NCBI GenBank assembly: GCA_041671125.1
Contig: JBAZCA010000004.1
Coordinates: 87,029 to 151,028, forward strand
Origin: Patescibacteria group bacterium
GTDB taxonomy: Bacteria > Patescibacteriota > Patescibacteriia > Patescibacteriales > JBAZCA01
DNA: 64,000 nt
Direction of reading: 5' to 3'
This document shows positions 63,015-64,000 of the stretch, in pieces; the first letter of the stretch is position 1; the number at the start of each line of letters is the position of its first letter. Both the position numbers and the translations under genes were made by a program. The notes beneath the pieces were generated by a model, which worked only from the letters and a program-made list of their open reading frames with translations, was not told where the DNA came from and did not search any database.

Positions 63015-63572
63015 TTGATGACAAAAAGAAAATTGTTACCAAAAAAGAACCAATCCGGTTTTACGATGATTGAGCTGCTCGTCGGAATTTTTATTATCGC
63101 CATGATCTCCGGCATATTTTTAGCCAATTACCGCAGTTCAGACGAGAACTCAAAATTAAAAAATGCGGCCGACAAGTTTGCTAGTGATATAAGGCTGGCC
63201 GAGAATTATACCCTGGGTTCAAGGAAGCATCTGGCCGGAATAGACCCGCCGGATGTTCCTTCGGGGGGCTGGGGCGTTTATTTAAATATCGCCGAATCGG
63301 CGGGAGTCTATAAAATTTTCGCTGATAAAAATGCGAACCGGCTTTATGACAGCGGAGAAGAGGAAAAAGAATTCGTTCTGCCAGACGGAGTTTTGTTTTC
63401 GGCGACTACTAAAGGCGACCAGGCGGTAATTGTCTTTATGCCTCCGGATCCGGATACTTTTATCAATGGCGGTCGGCCGGAAAATATTACGATTACACTG
63501 CATTATTCCAGGGCGGGAACGATCGCATATGTTTACGTAAATTCCGAAGGCCTTGTTGAGTCAACTTACTAA
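63015..63572 (+). CDS. Minor (pseudo)pilin with prepilin N-terminal methylation motif
   Basis: QSGFTMIELLVGIFIIAMISG. The start is probably ATG 63018. Confidence 0.75.
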   Translation: MMTKRKLLPKKNQSGFTMIELLVGIFIIAMISGIFLANYRSSDENSKLKNAADKFASDIRLAENYTLGSRKHLAGIDPPDVPSGGWGVYLNIAESAGVYKIFADKNANRLYDSGEEEKEFVLPDGVLFSATTKGDQAVIVFMPPDPDTFINGGRPENITITLHYSRAGTIAYVYVNSEGLVESTY

Positions 63573-63579
63573 AAAGCGA

Positions 63580-64000
63580 ATGTTTCAATTTATGCAAATC
63601 GCGCGAAGAGCCGCAAACAGCCAAAAAGGTTTCTCAATTCTTGAGGTAATGGCGGCTGTTTATATTATCAGCATGGGTTTAGTTGGAATCCTTTCTTTAA
63701 TGTCCTTCAGCTATAATGTCAAGTATGAAAATAAAAATAATATAATCGCTTCCATGCTCGCCCAAGAAGGGCTGGAACTCATAAGAAATACGCGGGATTC
63801 CAATTTTTTAACCGAAGGAACGGAATATGACGATGGCATAAGCAGCGGCGGTGTCAGAATTTTTATAATTGATTTTTATGGAAAAGATTATATTAAAGAA
63901 GTGGTCGGCATAGACGACGCGGCCACCCGGCTTTATCTTGATTCCAACGGATTTTACGCCCATACCGTTGGTTCTTTAACCCCTTATTCAAGAATAATAA
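63580..64000 (+). CDS. Minor (pseudo)pilin, 3' end beyond window
   Basis: Not in the ORF track because it runs off the window. Manual translation MFQFMQIARRAANSQKGFSILEVMAAVYIISMGLVGILSL... has no stop up to position 64000. Confidence 0.7.
   Translation, partial: MFQFMQIARRAANSQKGFSILEVMAAVYIISMGLVGILSLMSFSYNVKYENKNNIIASMLAQEGLELIRNTRDSNFLTEGTEYDDGISSGGVRIFIIDFYGKDYIKEVVGIDDAATRLYLDSNGFYAHTVGSLTPYSRII

Noticed and set aside
1-64000. Alternative genetic code (UGA recoded, as in some CPR-related lineages)
   Set aside because: Long genes with recognisable products terminate at TGA (for example the giant gene at 13605-13607) and translate to full-length homologs under the standard code.

Overview
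The gene content suggests a chromosomal segment from a Candidate Phyla Radiation (Patescibacteria/Parcubacteria-like) bacterium. This is an inference; no rRNA is present to confirm it. Supporting content: a type IV pilus locus, ComFC/RadA/RecG, a PrgI plus VirB4 remnant, a giant Cys-rich secreted protein, a sortase with an LPXTG substrate, and very AT-rich intergenic hairpins. The standard genetic code fits, since TGA is used as a stop.

Layout, left to right:
- NHL-repeat surface protein (5' partial)
- ksgA/rsmA
- 3105-aa giant secreted protein followed by three membrane or uncharacterised genes
- ORF6N gene
- SAM-cycle block: PfkB kinase, ahcY, metK, EamA transporter
- PrgI plus VirB4-like ATPase encoded as two ORFs, then comFC
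- tRNA-Arg (minus strand) and a tRNA-Ser cluster, both with tRNA fragments and GC-rich structured spacers
- DUF3494-type LPXTG protein plus sortase
- cassette of a fused double ATP-grasp ligase, a FemAB/CelD-like GNAT and a SET-domain methyltransferase, convergent with an AdoMetDC-like gene
- recG, radA, a DsbA-like gene and a PD40 propeller gene
- large type IV pilus locus: pilM, N-like, O-like, pilB, REC, pilT-like, pilC, two pilins, a Wzy_C-TPR protein, pilD, two large repeat proteins and minor pilins

Most notable observations:
1. Two families of short palindromic elements are inserted in-frame in housekeeping genes: ksgA (twice), recG and pilD. One family also forms perfect 104-bp direct repeats bracketing ahcY-metK.
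2. tRNA loci contain displaced tRNA fragments next to related GC-rich hairpin modules.
3. The ATP-grasp/FemAB-like/SET cassette is uncharacterised.
4. The giant protein sits next to polytopic membrane proteins, and a split VirB4/PrgI pair sits next to comFC.
5. Several pilus-locus oddities: a covarying tandem hairpin leader before pilB, a degenerate PilT, a Wzy_C-TPR protein, and a 473-bp near-identical intragenic duplication.

No CRISPR array, rRNA, transposase, integrase or reverse transcriptase was seen.
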